In this document: positions 13,100-22,549 of the stretch, piece by piece
Numbering within the stretch: position 1 is the first letter of the stretch
Layout of the letters: each line of letters starts with the position of its first letter
DNA from: Naegleria gruberi
Lineage: Eukaryota
NCBI GenBank assembly: GCA_000004985.1
Contig: GG738851.1
Reading direction: 5' to 3' (one strand)
Length of the DNA: 64,000 bases
Translations under genes and position numbers: made by a program
Notes under the pieces: generated by a model
Databases searched by the model: none
Told to the model about the DNA's origin: nothing
Seen by the model: only the letters and a program-made list of their open reading frames with translations

Positions 13100-13703
13100 A
13101 GTTGAAATTTGCCAGTATTGAACTGGCTTTGAGAAACTCAAAGATACGGTCGGTAATTTGTTCTAAGAGAATATTCATCACTCAAAGAACCATGCACAAA
13201 ATGCTTGCTCATAGTTCGAGCAAAATTAATTTGTACAAATTTGAAAGAAAATTGTCTAAGTCGTAAAAAAAGTCAATTTACTCGCAACAAAATCGATTCA
13301 AAGTTCACTGGTCACGACAATCAACCCACAATCGATTCAAAGTCGATCCAATTCTTGTTTTAATTGCTTGCACAGTGTGGAACTATTATCAAATAGATTT
13401 CTAAAGAACTTGGAGAGAAATAAAGGGGTACACATTAAAAAATTCAAAAGCACCTACAGTTCTGCCGCGTCAAGAATAATTTCCATGCATACGAAATTCA
13501 AATTCTTTTATTTTACCTTAACAAGATACGTTTCCTGAAGGTCATTGCTAACTGGCCAAAGTGCAGTGAACCGAAACTTTATAGACCTCGTATCTCAGGT
13601 GTTTAAAAAATATTGTTACAACATCAGAATTCATGATTAAAGGAAATGGGACCAGCGCAAAACATGTGTTCCCTTAATGATTTTCTTTAAAACTAAAATG
13701 GAA

Positions 13704-13775
13704 GGGGACCAGTGGGAATCGAACCCACGGCCTCTCGCACCCAAAGCGAGAATCATACCACTAGACCATGGTCCC
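13704..13775 (-). tRNA. tRNA-Pro(TGG), 72 nt, intact.
   Basis: The reverse complement reads GGGACCATGGTCTAGTGGTATGATTCTCGCTTTGGGTGCGAGAGGCCGTGGGTTCGATTCCCACTGGTCCCC. The 7-bp acceptor stem, the T-arm GTGGG/CCCAC and the anticodon stem are all perfect. The anticodon loop is TTTGGGT. A T-run follows, consistent with a Pol III terminator. Confidence 0.9.
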
Positions 13776-13959
13776 TTACATGAAAGGTCAATTATTTTAT
13801 AAATTCCTGCCAAAAGGAGGGTGGTGAAAATCCATTTGCCTTTTTCGACCTGTGCATTGGTATGTTCTTTTTTGTGTCATTTGCTATCAGCTAGGGATAT
13901 TCAGTTAAATGCAACCGTTTCACAACTAAACACTGCCCAATAATTGTCAATTGAATTAT

Positions 13960-14700
13960 TTATTCCTCAATAAACCGATGAAGTTTAATGAACTCGACTT
14001 CCTTGCACAATTCATGTTTAAATGGTACCTCATCTCTACCATATTCAACAAGTTGACAATTAGTCATGTAGTGTTTAACCAATGCAGTAGAGACATGAAA
14101 AACAACACAGGAAACTGTTTTACATCCTCCAACTTTACCAATTTTCATCAAAGTTTCAATAATCATTGGAGCAAAACCACGTTCCTCACCATCTTGTCCC
14201 CATTTAAACATTGTTCCTCTTTCAATGTTTTCAGATTTAGCCAACATTCCAAAATATAAAGTTCCAGATCCATCCAAATCATGTGTTGTAAATTCCAAAA
14301 AGATACTTCCAATTAATTCTGTTTCATCTCTATAAAAACAAACAATTCCAGCACACTTTTCTGAATCGTGATGAGTACTTTGAATTAATTGTTGCACCTC
14401 CGAATCAGAAGTTCTCTTTCTCTCTTCTCCCAACTTGAAGGCGTGTCCTTCCTTACGGTAGGCAAGATTTACCATCTCTCTAATTGCACTATATTGTTCA
14501 GGAATGGCCAATCTAAAAGATAATTTACTTGTGGAGGTCTTATCAGGAAGCACCATCAGTGGTTGAAAATCCGAAAGTACTTGTGAGACTTTATTATCAT
14601 CCCAAAATTGTTTAAAACCTAAATATTTTCACATTGATTAGCGTGTTAACTCACAACGGAAAATCAACATACTCTTATTAGTGGTTGATGGTGTAGCCAT
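13960..14700 (-). CDS. GNAT-family N-acetyltransferase-like protein. Two exons: 14700..14673 and 14617..13963 plus stop. Intron 14618-14672.
   Basis: ORF 13960-14556 shows GNAT motif-A-like residues (…ERGFAPMIIETLMKIGKVGGCKTVSCVV…). The frame is open upstream of the first Met back to a TAG acceptor. A 28-nt first exon (MATPSTTNK) is joined by a GTATGT…ATATTTAG intron. Confidence 0.5.
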
Positions 14701-14757
14701 TTTTTTGTAATTGGCGTGCAATATCTGAGGTGAAGTGGAGTTTTTTACTCCTCGGAG

Positions 14758-16413
14758 CTAGTCAGAAAATGTGAATAGTGTTTCAAATAATTCTTGGAGA
14801 TTTCGTTGAATGGAATGAAGAGCATCTCTTGATATGATTGGTTCCATGCAAGAAAGAGAAATAATGAGCTTGGCAGAGTGTTTCTCATTAGGAGGGAGTG
14901 TGAGAGCGCCACATGCTAAGCATCCAGCCAATGCTGATGTGTTTGCAATTGTGTACATGGAGTGAATAGTCAATGGGGTAGAAGAAAGTTGATAACTTCT
15001 TTTCACAGAATCAAGTTGACCATTATTCGTCACTATAAAGTTAACAGGTAGTCCAGCAAGGAAAACATCATTATTTTCTAATGTTTTGGCCATGGCTGTT
15101 TCTCTAGTGAGAGGAGATTGAAGAACATTTGTCAAAATAAATTGGTTTTCAAAATTGGCTGCGTGATTAGAGAGAATTTGTTTTGCATGACTGACGATGG
15201 TTTTCTTCACATCATAACAGGAATCGAATTTTAAATCCTCAATGAAAACACCCACATGTAAGGAAAGAGTGTTTCCATCCAGAACTTGAGAAAGGTGAGG
15301 AATTTTGCTTAATCCAGTTGGATAACCCACTCTAACACAACTATTTGGATGCAATGGATTTTTGTCATGCTCTCTAGCAGCTTTCAAATAGGCGAGTGAA
15401 AGTAATGGAATAAGGCATGAATTAATTGAGACGCCATGTTGTTTGGTAAAATTTCTAAAGTGCTTTAGAGTGTCCCCTTCAAATTCTAACTTCACCATGC
15501 TAACTGTCTTGTGCTCGTGTCTCCTATCGAATTGGATTAAATATTGGTTAGGTTTGTTGAATATCATCTCCTTGATAAATGGAAAGGCATATTTCAAAGA
15601 TTTCCACTTGGCTGAGAATGAGTTTAATCTTGAATCCATTATTATTTCATCAGTAGATGCAAGTAGTTTCTTAATTTCCACTTGTTCTGTTTCTCTTTCC
15701 ATACTCACATTTTCACATTCTCTCAATACTTGTCCTATAAAATTGGAAATTGAAATTCCGTCTCCTATACTATGATTATATCTCACAATCAAATACAAAT
15801 CATTTCCATTCATATAATAATACAATTCCAATTGAAAATCCTTCTCCAAATCGTAACTCTTTTGTGTGAGTACCTGTTCAATATATTCCTGCATTGGATT
15901 TTCATTCTTCTCAAACTCTTTCATTTCTCCCTCTAAATTAACAATTGGAATGAGAGGAAGATATTGATCATCCATCAATTCAAAAGAAAAAGCCAGTTTT
16001 GAACCCTTTGGATTTCTAATAATTCTACTTCTCAATAGAGGCTGTCCCTTTTGAACTCTATCAACAGCCCTTCTCAATACTCCATCAAAATTAAAAGCCT
16101 TTTCAATTTTAATATGCGCAACTCTAAACACCAAACCATTGCCATACTTTTTCAGAGAGGGAGTCAACATGATTTGTTCATTCGGAGACAAATTTCTTCT
16201 ATCCAGAATATGTCGTTCCTTATCACAATTATTGGTTTTGTAGACATGTGAATTTAAAAGTTGATTGGATTGTGTTGAATAGTTGTAATATGATGATCCT
16301 ATTGTTCTAGAAGTAATTTGGACACTGTTCTTCAGGGATGTTGCAAGCAACAAGGAAGATTTGTGTTGCACTTCTTTAATGGAGCGAACGGAATGCTTTG
16401 CCAATTTAAACAT
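14758..16413 (-). CDS. HxxxDG-motif acyltransferase of the condensation / alcohol-acetyltransferase / WS-DGAT superfamily, 551 aa, with a mitochondrial-presequence-like N-terminus.
   Basis: Single ORF. The motif NHSIGDGIS matches the catalytic HxxxDG of this superfamily. The N-terminus MFKLAKHSVRSIKEVQHKSSLLLATSLK is basic and amphipathic. Confidence 0.5.
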   Translation of the reverse strand: MFKLAKHSVRSIKEVQHKSSLLLATSLKNSVQITSRTIGSSYYNYSTQSNQLLNSHVYKTNNCDKERHILDRRNLSPNEQIMLTPSLKKYGNGLVFRVAHIKIEKAFNFDGVLRRAVDRVQKGQPLLRSRIIRNPKGSKLAFSFELMDDQYLPLIPIVNLEGEMKEFEKNENPMQEYIEQVLTQKSYDLEKDFQLELYYYMNGNDLYLIVRYNHSIGDGISISNFIGQVLRECENVSMERETEQVEIKKLLASTDEIIMDSRLNSFSAKWKSLKYAFPFIKEMIFNKPNQYLIQFDRRHEHKTVSMVKLEFEGDTLKHFRNFTKQHGVSINSCLIPLLSLAYLKAAREHDKNPLHPNSCVRVGYPTGLSKIPHLSQVLDGNTLSLHVGVFIEDLKFDSCYDVKKTIVSHAKQILSNHAANFENQFILTNVLQSPLTRETAMAKTLENNDVFLAGLPVNFIVTNNGQLDSVKRSYQLSSTPLTIHSMYTIANTSALAGCLACGALTLPPNEKHSAKLIISLSCMEPIISRDALHSIQRNLQELFETLFTFSD

Positions 16414-16467
16414 TTTTTAATAAGAAATCTGAACAGTAAATTAATTACAAAATTAAATTATCAACAT

Positions 16468-16495
16468 ATAGGGCAAAATATTTCAATTCCGATCA
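16468..16495 (+). repeat. Left terminal inverted repeat of the pogo-like element.
   Basis: The sequence was compared directly with the reverse complement of 18538-18565. Confidence 0.8.
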
Positions 16496-16691
16496 CCCTC
16501 GATTTTCGATCATCTTGAACAATTTTAATAGTAAACTTTCAAAGTTTTTATAATGTATATGTAGTAGTGTGGGTCTTCTCTACCCGTATCGTTTGTTTGT
16601 TTTGGTGAATAAATTGTTTTGCAATAAAATTACCAAAGTTTACAACCATGTTTAATATGAAAAAAATATAATTCCGATCACCTTCATCATC

Positions 16692-18474
16692 ATGGTTAAG
16701 AAGAAATTAACAAAAAAGCAGGAACATGAACAACAGCAACAGGAAGAGGAGGAGAAGAGAGAGAAAGCATTAGAATATTATAATACCACAAATGGTGCAT
16801 CCATCAGAAGCGTAGCCAAAAAATTCGACATTCCATATACAACTTTTAATGATCTAGTAAATGGAAGATCATCAATTAATTCACATGCTGGTAGAAAGAC
16901 CTACTTTACTAAAGAGGAAGAGGATGAATTAAAGGAGTGGATATTTGAAAGGAATGATAATAATTTACCTGTCAATGAATATGATGTGATTAACAAAGCC
17001 AACAAGATGTATGAGTACAAGTACAATAAACCAAAAGATCTCTCTGATGGATGGTATCAAGACTTCAGAAGTAGGAATCATGATATTGCTGTTAGAGAAG
17101 CAGAAAGGCTTGAACAAGTTAGAACTGAAAGTGAAAATTCCCAAGTCGTAGAATTATTCTTTGATCAATTAGAGAAGGAAATTAAAAAGAATAACTTAAT
17201 GCCTGACCATATCTATAATTGTGATGAAACAGGAATCCAAAGGAATGAAACTACAGGATACACTCTTGCCAAAAAAAGGAAGTCATCCATCTATGGTAAC
17301 TTCTTCATCTAGAGAAACATGTTCAATACTTGTTTGTGGAAATGCTGCAGGATCATATGTTCCTCCTCTATTTATTTATAAAGGAAAATCCGTATCAGAT
17401 GATATGTTCAGTGATTTGGATAGTAAAGCAACGGTATTTGCTACTGAGAATGGATTTATTACAACAAATTGCTTTTTGAGTTGGATGAAGAAGAACTTTA
17501 TTGAACACATACCTTCAAGTAGACCAGTATTATTATTGTACGATAATCATTCCACTCACTGTGATTCTGATGTGTTGGAATATGCCAAGCAAAATAATAT
17601 TATTGTTATGTCCATTCCACCACACTTGAGTCACTTATATCAACCACTTGATGTAGGTGTTTTCTCATCCATGAAACAAAGTTTCAAACATTTTAATACT
17701 GAGTTCATGAAAAATAATTTAACCTCCTCACCATCCAAAAAAGACTTTACAAAGATATTACATGAAGCATATGAAAATTCTGCATCCCATCATAATATTG
17801 TTAGTGGATTCAAAGAAGCTTGTATTGTACCACTTGATAAGAAGTCAGCACTTGCCAAAATTCAACATTCCAAAAATAGTAATCAAGATGAAAAACCACC
17901 TTCCAAATTTGGAAATTTATTACATGAACCACCAAAACAAACCAAAGAAAAAACCAGAGTGAAAACTAACTTTGTACTAACACGCAACGACTATATGGTA
18001 ACAGCACTAGAAAAAAAAGCAGAAAAAGAAAAACAGAAAAGAAAGAAAGAGGAAGGAAAGACCCTTAGAGAAGCAAAGAAGAAAGCTAAAATCGAAACTC
18101 GTGCCCAAAACACCCTGTTGAAGAAACAGAAGCAACATGGTGTGGTTTGTTCATGTCATCATGCTTGTGGATCTAATCATACATGTAAATGCAAATTGGC
18201 GGGAAAAATGTGTACTATGTATTGTACTTGCCATGCAAAGTGTGCATATTCTATGGATAGAAATCCAACCTCCTCTCCAAGTGCATCATCATCACAAAAT
18301 ATATGCTGCTACTCTGGATGTAAATTTAAAGACGATCATGATGGTATGGTGACATGTTCGACTTGTAAAAAATTATGCCATTCCAAAACATGTACAATGC
18401 CATCAACAGAAACAATCAATGGAAAAGAGATTACCAACATCTTATGTATTGATTGTGGAGAGAAAGAGCCATGA
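16692..18474 (+). CDS. pogo-type transposase of about 590 aa: CENP-B/psq HTH, Tc5 HTH and a DDE_1 catalytic domain, followed by a Lys-rich linker and a C-terminal Cys-rich (CXC/metallothionein-like) domain. The frame is broken once in an A7 run at 17271-17277.
   Basis: ORF1 (16692-17312) ends …YNCDETGIQRNETTGYTLAKKRKSS…. ORF2 (17221-18474) continues …LLPKKGSHPSMVTSSSRETCSILVCGNAAGSYVPPLFIYKGK…LLLYDNHSTHCD…PPHLSHLYQPLDVG…. Removing one A from the A7 run fuses both into a canonical DDE_1 alignment. The C-terminus reads CSCHHACGSNHTCKCKLAGKMCTMYCTCHAKC…. Confidence 0.8.
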
Positions 18475-18537
18475 CTTCCCAATGACTTTTCAAATAAATC
18501 AACAATTTATTGCTGCACCAGTGATCGGAATTTGAAT

Positions 18538-18565
18538 GTGATCGGAATTAAATTATTTTGCCCTA
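18538..18565 (-). repeat. Right terminal inverted repeat of the pogo-like element.
   Basis: The sequence was compared directly with 16468-16495. Confidence 0.8.
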
Positions 18566-18922
18566 ATAGTTGGAAATTTAAATCCGTAGGTACTTGTATC
18601 CTCTCCAGAACGAAGATACAATTTCATTGGAATTTGTTGATGACGAGTTGAATTTTTGAAAATTTCGGACAATAATTAAAATTGTAATTTTTAAATGTAA
18701 CGGTAAAGATTTTAAAAAAATTAAGAAATTCCATCCTCACTTTATTCATATTATTACATAATGATGAACAAACACTCTAAAAGGTTGCGTTGGGGTATGG
18801 ACATCTTCATTAAAATTGAAGTCCACTCAGTAAGCGAGCACTTTCTCCACTCATCATCATGCTAAGGAATTTAGGCTTCTTGATTGTCATCATTTACAAT
18901 ATCAAAAAAAACACAAGAGAGA

Positions 18923-19794
18923 ATGGTCTTTGAATTAACTTATTTCGGAATTGCTGGTCGTGCTGTAAGTAAAAGAGAGTTTTTATTGGAGAGATTAATG
19001 AAATAATTCGTAATGTGCTTGGAATGGAATATTCAACATGATCAACTTTTTAATTTCGGCTTTTTGTATGTGATCATCAACATGAATGTACATTCCTTGA
19101 TCATCACAATTTATTATTAAATTCCACTATATTTGGATAATGATTGTTATATGAAATTATTAACATACTAATTGTACCTTTTATTACATCATCAATATAT
19201 TGTAGGAAGCAATCAAGCTTATTGCTGAAGTTGGAGGTACCCAATACACCTTTACACCAGTTTCCTTCCAAGATTGGCCTAAAGTAAAGCCAACAACCAA
19301 GTATGGCCAATTGCCAGTATTGAAAAACTCTGAAGATGAAAGCTTTGAGCTATGCCAAAGTATTGCAATTGCTAGATTTTTCGCTCGTGAAGGTAACTTG
19401 TACCCAACATTGAACGTTGATGCTTCCTTCTCTGATGAATATGTCAACACTATCAAGGTATGTTAAATTCTATTCACATTTATTGAACTATACAATAGGA
19501 TTTAAATGATGCCTATTTCAAAGCAATCTTCTCTCCAAATAAGGAAGAAGAATTGAGAAAGTACTATGAAGGACCATTCGTTCAAACATTGGCTGCATTG
19601 GAAAAGGAAGTCAAACCAAGTGGTTTCCTTGTGGGTACTGCCTTGAGTTGGGCTGATTTATTCTTATTCGATTTATTGTCAGGAGTTGGCAAGGACAAGG
19701 AATTGCCAACTAAATTGGCTGCTCTTAAGGAAACTATTGCAGCCAATCCTAAAGTTATTGAATATTATCAGTCAGATAGAAATTTAAGAAAGTA
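18923..19794 (+). CDS. Sigma-class glutathione S-transferase (prostaglandin-D-synthase-like). Three exons: 18923..18964, 19206..19457 and 19499..19794. Introns 18965-19205 (241 nt) and 19458-19498 (41 nt).
   Basis: The spliced product MVFELTYFGIAGRA|EAIKLIAEVGG…YGQLPVLKNSEDESFELCQSIAIARFFA…|DLNDAYFKAIF…LSWADLFLFDLL… aligns with sigma GSTs (compare MPNYKLTYFNGRGRAE…QSLAIARYL). Donors are GTAAGT and GTATGT; acceptors are TGTAG and AATAG. Confidence 0.8.
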
Positions 19795-19892
19795 AATTCT
19801 AGAGTTTATTCTTCAAATACATTTGCTTCAATTTCAAATCCTAATTCAATTTCAAATTTTAAAGCAAAATTACAAAATCAAACTTTAAAAAA

Positions 19893-21512
19893 ATGGTCTT
19901 TAAATCAGCTCTTCATGATGAATACGATATCAAGAATCTCTCTGTTCATTCCTCCGTTAAAGTAGTGAATGGATTTTCCGTAGAGAGAAAGGCAACTTTT
20001 GTTTTCTTGTCGAATCTTGGAGTTTGTTTTAATATTGGTCTTCCGATTGATGTTATTGATCGTGATTCCAAGTTTGTTGTCAATGATAAACAAAATCATG
20101 TGATTAATTATTTGTGTTTGACTGATGTATTGAGTGAAAATATTCAAGGATTAATTTCACTTGTGGAAGACAAGGTAGAATTATTTAGCAGAGGAAAGTT
20201 GACAACCAAGTTGAAGATTTTCATTTCGGAAAAGAAGAGCGAGCTCATCACCAATATTTGTAGAGGAATTGTTGATGGAAGAGGGAATATGAGTGATGTT
20301 GTCGAAGTTATTGGAATTAGTGACTTTTTCAAGAGCTTTGAATTACCAAATTCACTCGAATTGAAAGCTTTCCCTGTCAATGATGAAAATACTGAAGTTG
20401 GTTATTCAATTGTGGAAAAGAAGAAGAAATTGAAAGCTGAATTGGCTGAGCAAGTTAAGAATTTAAAGGCAAACGAAAAGAAATTATTCATGCAAGATGA
20501 AAATAATTTTGAAATTACAGAAAGTATTGTTTTTACCTTTGTCAGACAATTGGATATCTCTTCAAAGGTTATGGAGTGTAATAAGGTCATTCTCTCTAAT
20601 TCTAATACTTTGTGTATTGGTTGTTCAGAGTTGCAACACTATTTGGGTTACAATGAAAGTGATAAGACAGTCAAGCAAAATTCAACTCTTGATATTGTCA
20701 ACTTGAACAAATATGTTCTCGACCATTTTAATGGAAAGAATCTCATTTTGACCTACTTGCCAAAGAATCTGTGTCTAGATGGTGATTGTGACATGTATTG
20801 TTTCATTATTCCACGTATTCCAAAAGATCAAAGAAAGAAACTCAAACTCTTATCTCATCGACCAAAACTTGTCGAATCTACACCTAACCCATATAGTCTT
20901 GAGGAAATTAAGGAAATTCACAACAAGAGACAATGGATTGAATACGAAACCAAGTATTTGGATAAGAGTGAATACATGTATGGACAACGTGGATTCTACA
21001 TGGGAGGTGGTTCACAAAAAGCCAAGAAAGTTGAACAGCTCAAGACTCAATATCCTCGTGGTTATATTGTTGCATATGATTTTGAAGGAAATTACATTGA
21101 TAGATCATCTGCTTTTGCTTTCTATGAGGATTCTTATTATACTTTCTTACAAGAACACCCAGAAATTTTGGATAATATTTGTGAGAATTACATTGATGTC
21201 TATGATACAGAACCAAGTAATATTCTAAGTGGATATGATTACAGCATTCAAGAACAAGGAAAGGCAACTCACTTACAAGATATTGCCCTTAGAAGAGCTA
21301 TCAAACGATTGGGAAGAGAACTCAAAGGAAAGGAGCTCGTTCAAGTTAGAGGTTATCGTACTAAATTATTCTGCCTCAATCCTGCCATGGTTGTTTTCCA
21401 TAAGAGAGCAAGTATTATTCAACCAGAAATCACTGAAGAATTCATGTTGGAAGGAAGTATTGAAAGCTTTTGGCAGAGTAATAAGGTCATTCTCACTCCA
21501 CAAGAAAAATAG
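19893..21512 (+). CDS. Hypothetical protein of 539 aa with no recognisable domain. It contains an exact 17-nt internal DNA repeat.
   Basis: Single long ORF. The 17-mer GTAATAAGGTCATTCTC occurs at 20578-20594 and at 21478-21494, both encoding NKVIL in frame. Confidence 0.45.
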   Translation: MVFKSALHDEYDIKNLSVHSSVKVVNGFSVERKATFVFLSNLGVCFNIGLPIDVIDRDSKFVVNDKQNHVINYLCLTDVLSENIQGLISLVEDKVELFSRGKLTTKLKIFISEKKSELITNICRGIVDGRGNMSDVVEVIGISDFFKSFELPNSLELKAFPVNDENTEVGYSIVEKKKKLKAELAEQVKNLKANEKKLFMQDENNFEITESIVFTFVRQLDISSKVMECNKVILSNSNTLCIGCSELQHYLGYNESDKTVKQNSTLDIVNLNKYVLDHFNGKNLILTYLPKNLCLDGDCDMYCFIIPRIPKDQRKKLKLLSHRPKLVESTPNPYSLEEIKEIHNKRQWIEYETKYLDKSEYMYGQRGFYMGGGSQKAKKVEQLKTQYPRGYIVAYDFEGNYIDRSSAFAFYEDSYYTFLQEHPEILDNICENYIDVYDTEPSNILSGYDYSIQEQGKATHLQDIALRRAIKRLGRELKGKELVQVRGYRTKLFCLNPAMVVFHKRASIIQPEITEEFMLEGSIESFWQSNKVILTPQEK

Positions 21513-21792
21513 CTTGTTCGAATAAAATAATAAATCGAATAAGATAAACGAAATCAAATTGTACACTTCGGTACTCGGTAATCTAACAATTTCCTCAACA
21601 AACAATTGTGCGCCAATTAATAGTGGACATTTGTTTACAATAATCGGTAACGCACAGCCGACTTATTGTAAACTATTCAGATAATACATCCTGAGTAGAA
21701 AGGACTAATTTTTGGTATAAATTCAACTCGAATTACATTGCATTATTTCATATCAAAAACAAACAACCAATTTGAATTAACAACAATCAAAC

Positions 21793-22404
21793 ATGACTCT
21801 CGAAATCTTTTACTTTGAAGGACCTGGAAGAGCTGAAATTCTCAAACTCATTGCTCACGTAGTTAATGTCGATTACAAGTTTACCAGCATTCCACGTGAC
21901 CAATGGCCAGCCCAAAAGGAAAATGCAAGATATGGTCAACTTCCATACTTGAAAATTAATGACAAGTGGACACTTTATCAAACCATTGCAATTGCCAGAT
22001 ATCTTGCTCAACAAGGTGATTTGTATCCATCTAACATTGAAGAAGCAACCAAATCTGAAGAATACGTTGCAGCTTTGGATGAACTCTTGATAAAGTTTAT
22101 TAGAGTTTTCTTCGTTGCTTCAGAAGAAAGTAGGGAACAAGAATTAAAGACCTTCCTTGAAGGACCTGTTAAGACTATCCTTGGTGCCTTGGAAAAGATT
22201 TTGGAAGAGAATGGAGATGGTCATCTCATTAAGGGAAAGCTCACTTGGGCTGATTTTATCTTGTTGGATATTGTCTGTTTTTTCCAATTCAAGAATGTTG
22301 ATGTGAGTCACTTGACACATATTTTGAAATCCAAGGAAGTCATTAAAGCCCTTCCAAGATTCCAAGACTACGTCACCAAAGACTACAATTTTAGACAGTT
22401 TTAA
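21793..22404 (+). CDS. Sigma-class glutathione S-transferase paralog, intronless, 203 aa.
   Basis: MTLEIFYFEGPGRAEILKLIAHV…YGQLPYLKINDKWTLYQTIAIARYLA…LTWADFILLDIV… has the same family signatures as the gene at 18923. Confidence 0.8.
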   Translation: MTLEIFYFEGPGRAEILKLIAHVVNVDYKFTSIPRDQWPAQKENARYGQLPYLKINDKWTLYQTIAIARYLAQQGDLYPSNIEEATKSEEYVAALDELLIKFIRVFFVASEESREQELKTFLEGPVKTILGALEKILEENGDGHLIKGKLTWADFILLDIVCFFQFKNVDVSHLTHILKSKEVIKALPRFQDYVTKDYNFRQF

Positions 22405-22549
22405 AGTTCGATAGTTTAACAATTTTCTTTCATTTCCATCACATTCTTGATTTTTGAATAAAAAATAAAAATTTTAATATTAAATTTTAAAAAAAATACG
22501 AAGAAAAATAACAAACGAGTTGATCGCTAAATTTTACACTTGTGGGAAA

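Larger units (their letters stand above)
16468..18565 (+). mobile_element. Complete pogo/Tigger-like (Tc1/mariner superfamily, DDE_1) DNA transposon, about 2.1 kb. It has terminal inverted repeats and an internal transposase gene.
   Basis: The left terminus at 16468-16495 is TAGGGCAAAATATTTCAATTCCGATCAC. The reverse complement of the right terminus at 18538-18565 is TAGGGCAAAATAATTTAATTCCGATCAC, a 26/28 match. Extra subterminal copies of AATTCCGATCAC occur at 16670-16682 and 18521-18533. The flanks read ATA/ATA or TA. The internal ORF encodes HTH_psq + HTH_Tnp_Tc5 + DDE_1 domains. Confidence 0.85.

Noticed and set aside
13641-13712. A second copy of the tRNA-Pro 3'-end octamer (GGGACCAG) 45 bp beyond the gene. 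It could be an att-like duplication.
   Set aside because: Only 8 nt match and nothing extends on either side. tRNA-Pro itself is intact with a terminator. This is most likely chance.
6162-22422. Many short track ORFs embedded in or antisense to the large genes (e.g. 6162-6407, 8152-8564, 8897-9421, 12205-12390, 12769-13008, 15443-16518, 17762-17962, 18137-18352, 19104-19456, 19905-20706, 20779-21605, 21787-22014, 22144-22422).
   Set aside because: They overlap better-supported long ORFs on the other strand or in another frame, have no domain signal, and fit random open frames in AT-rich DNA.
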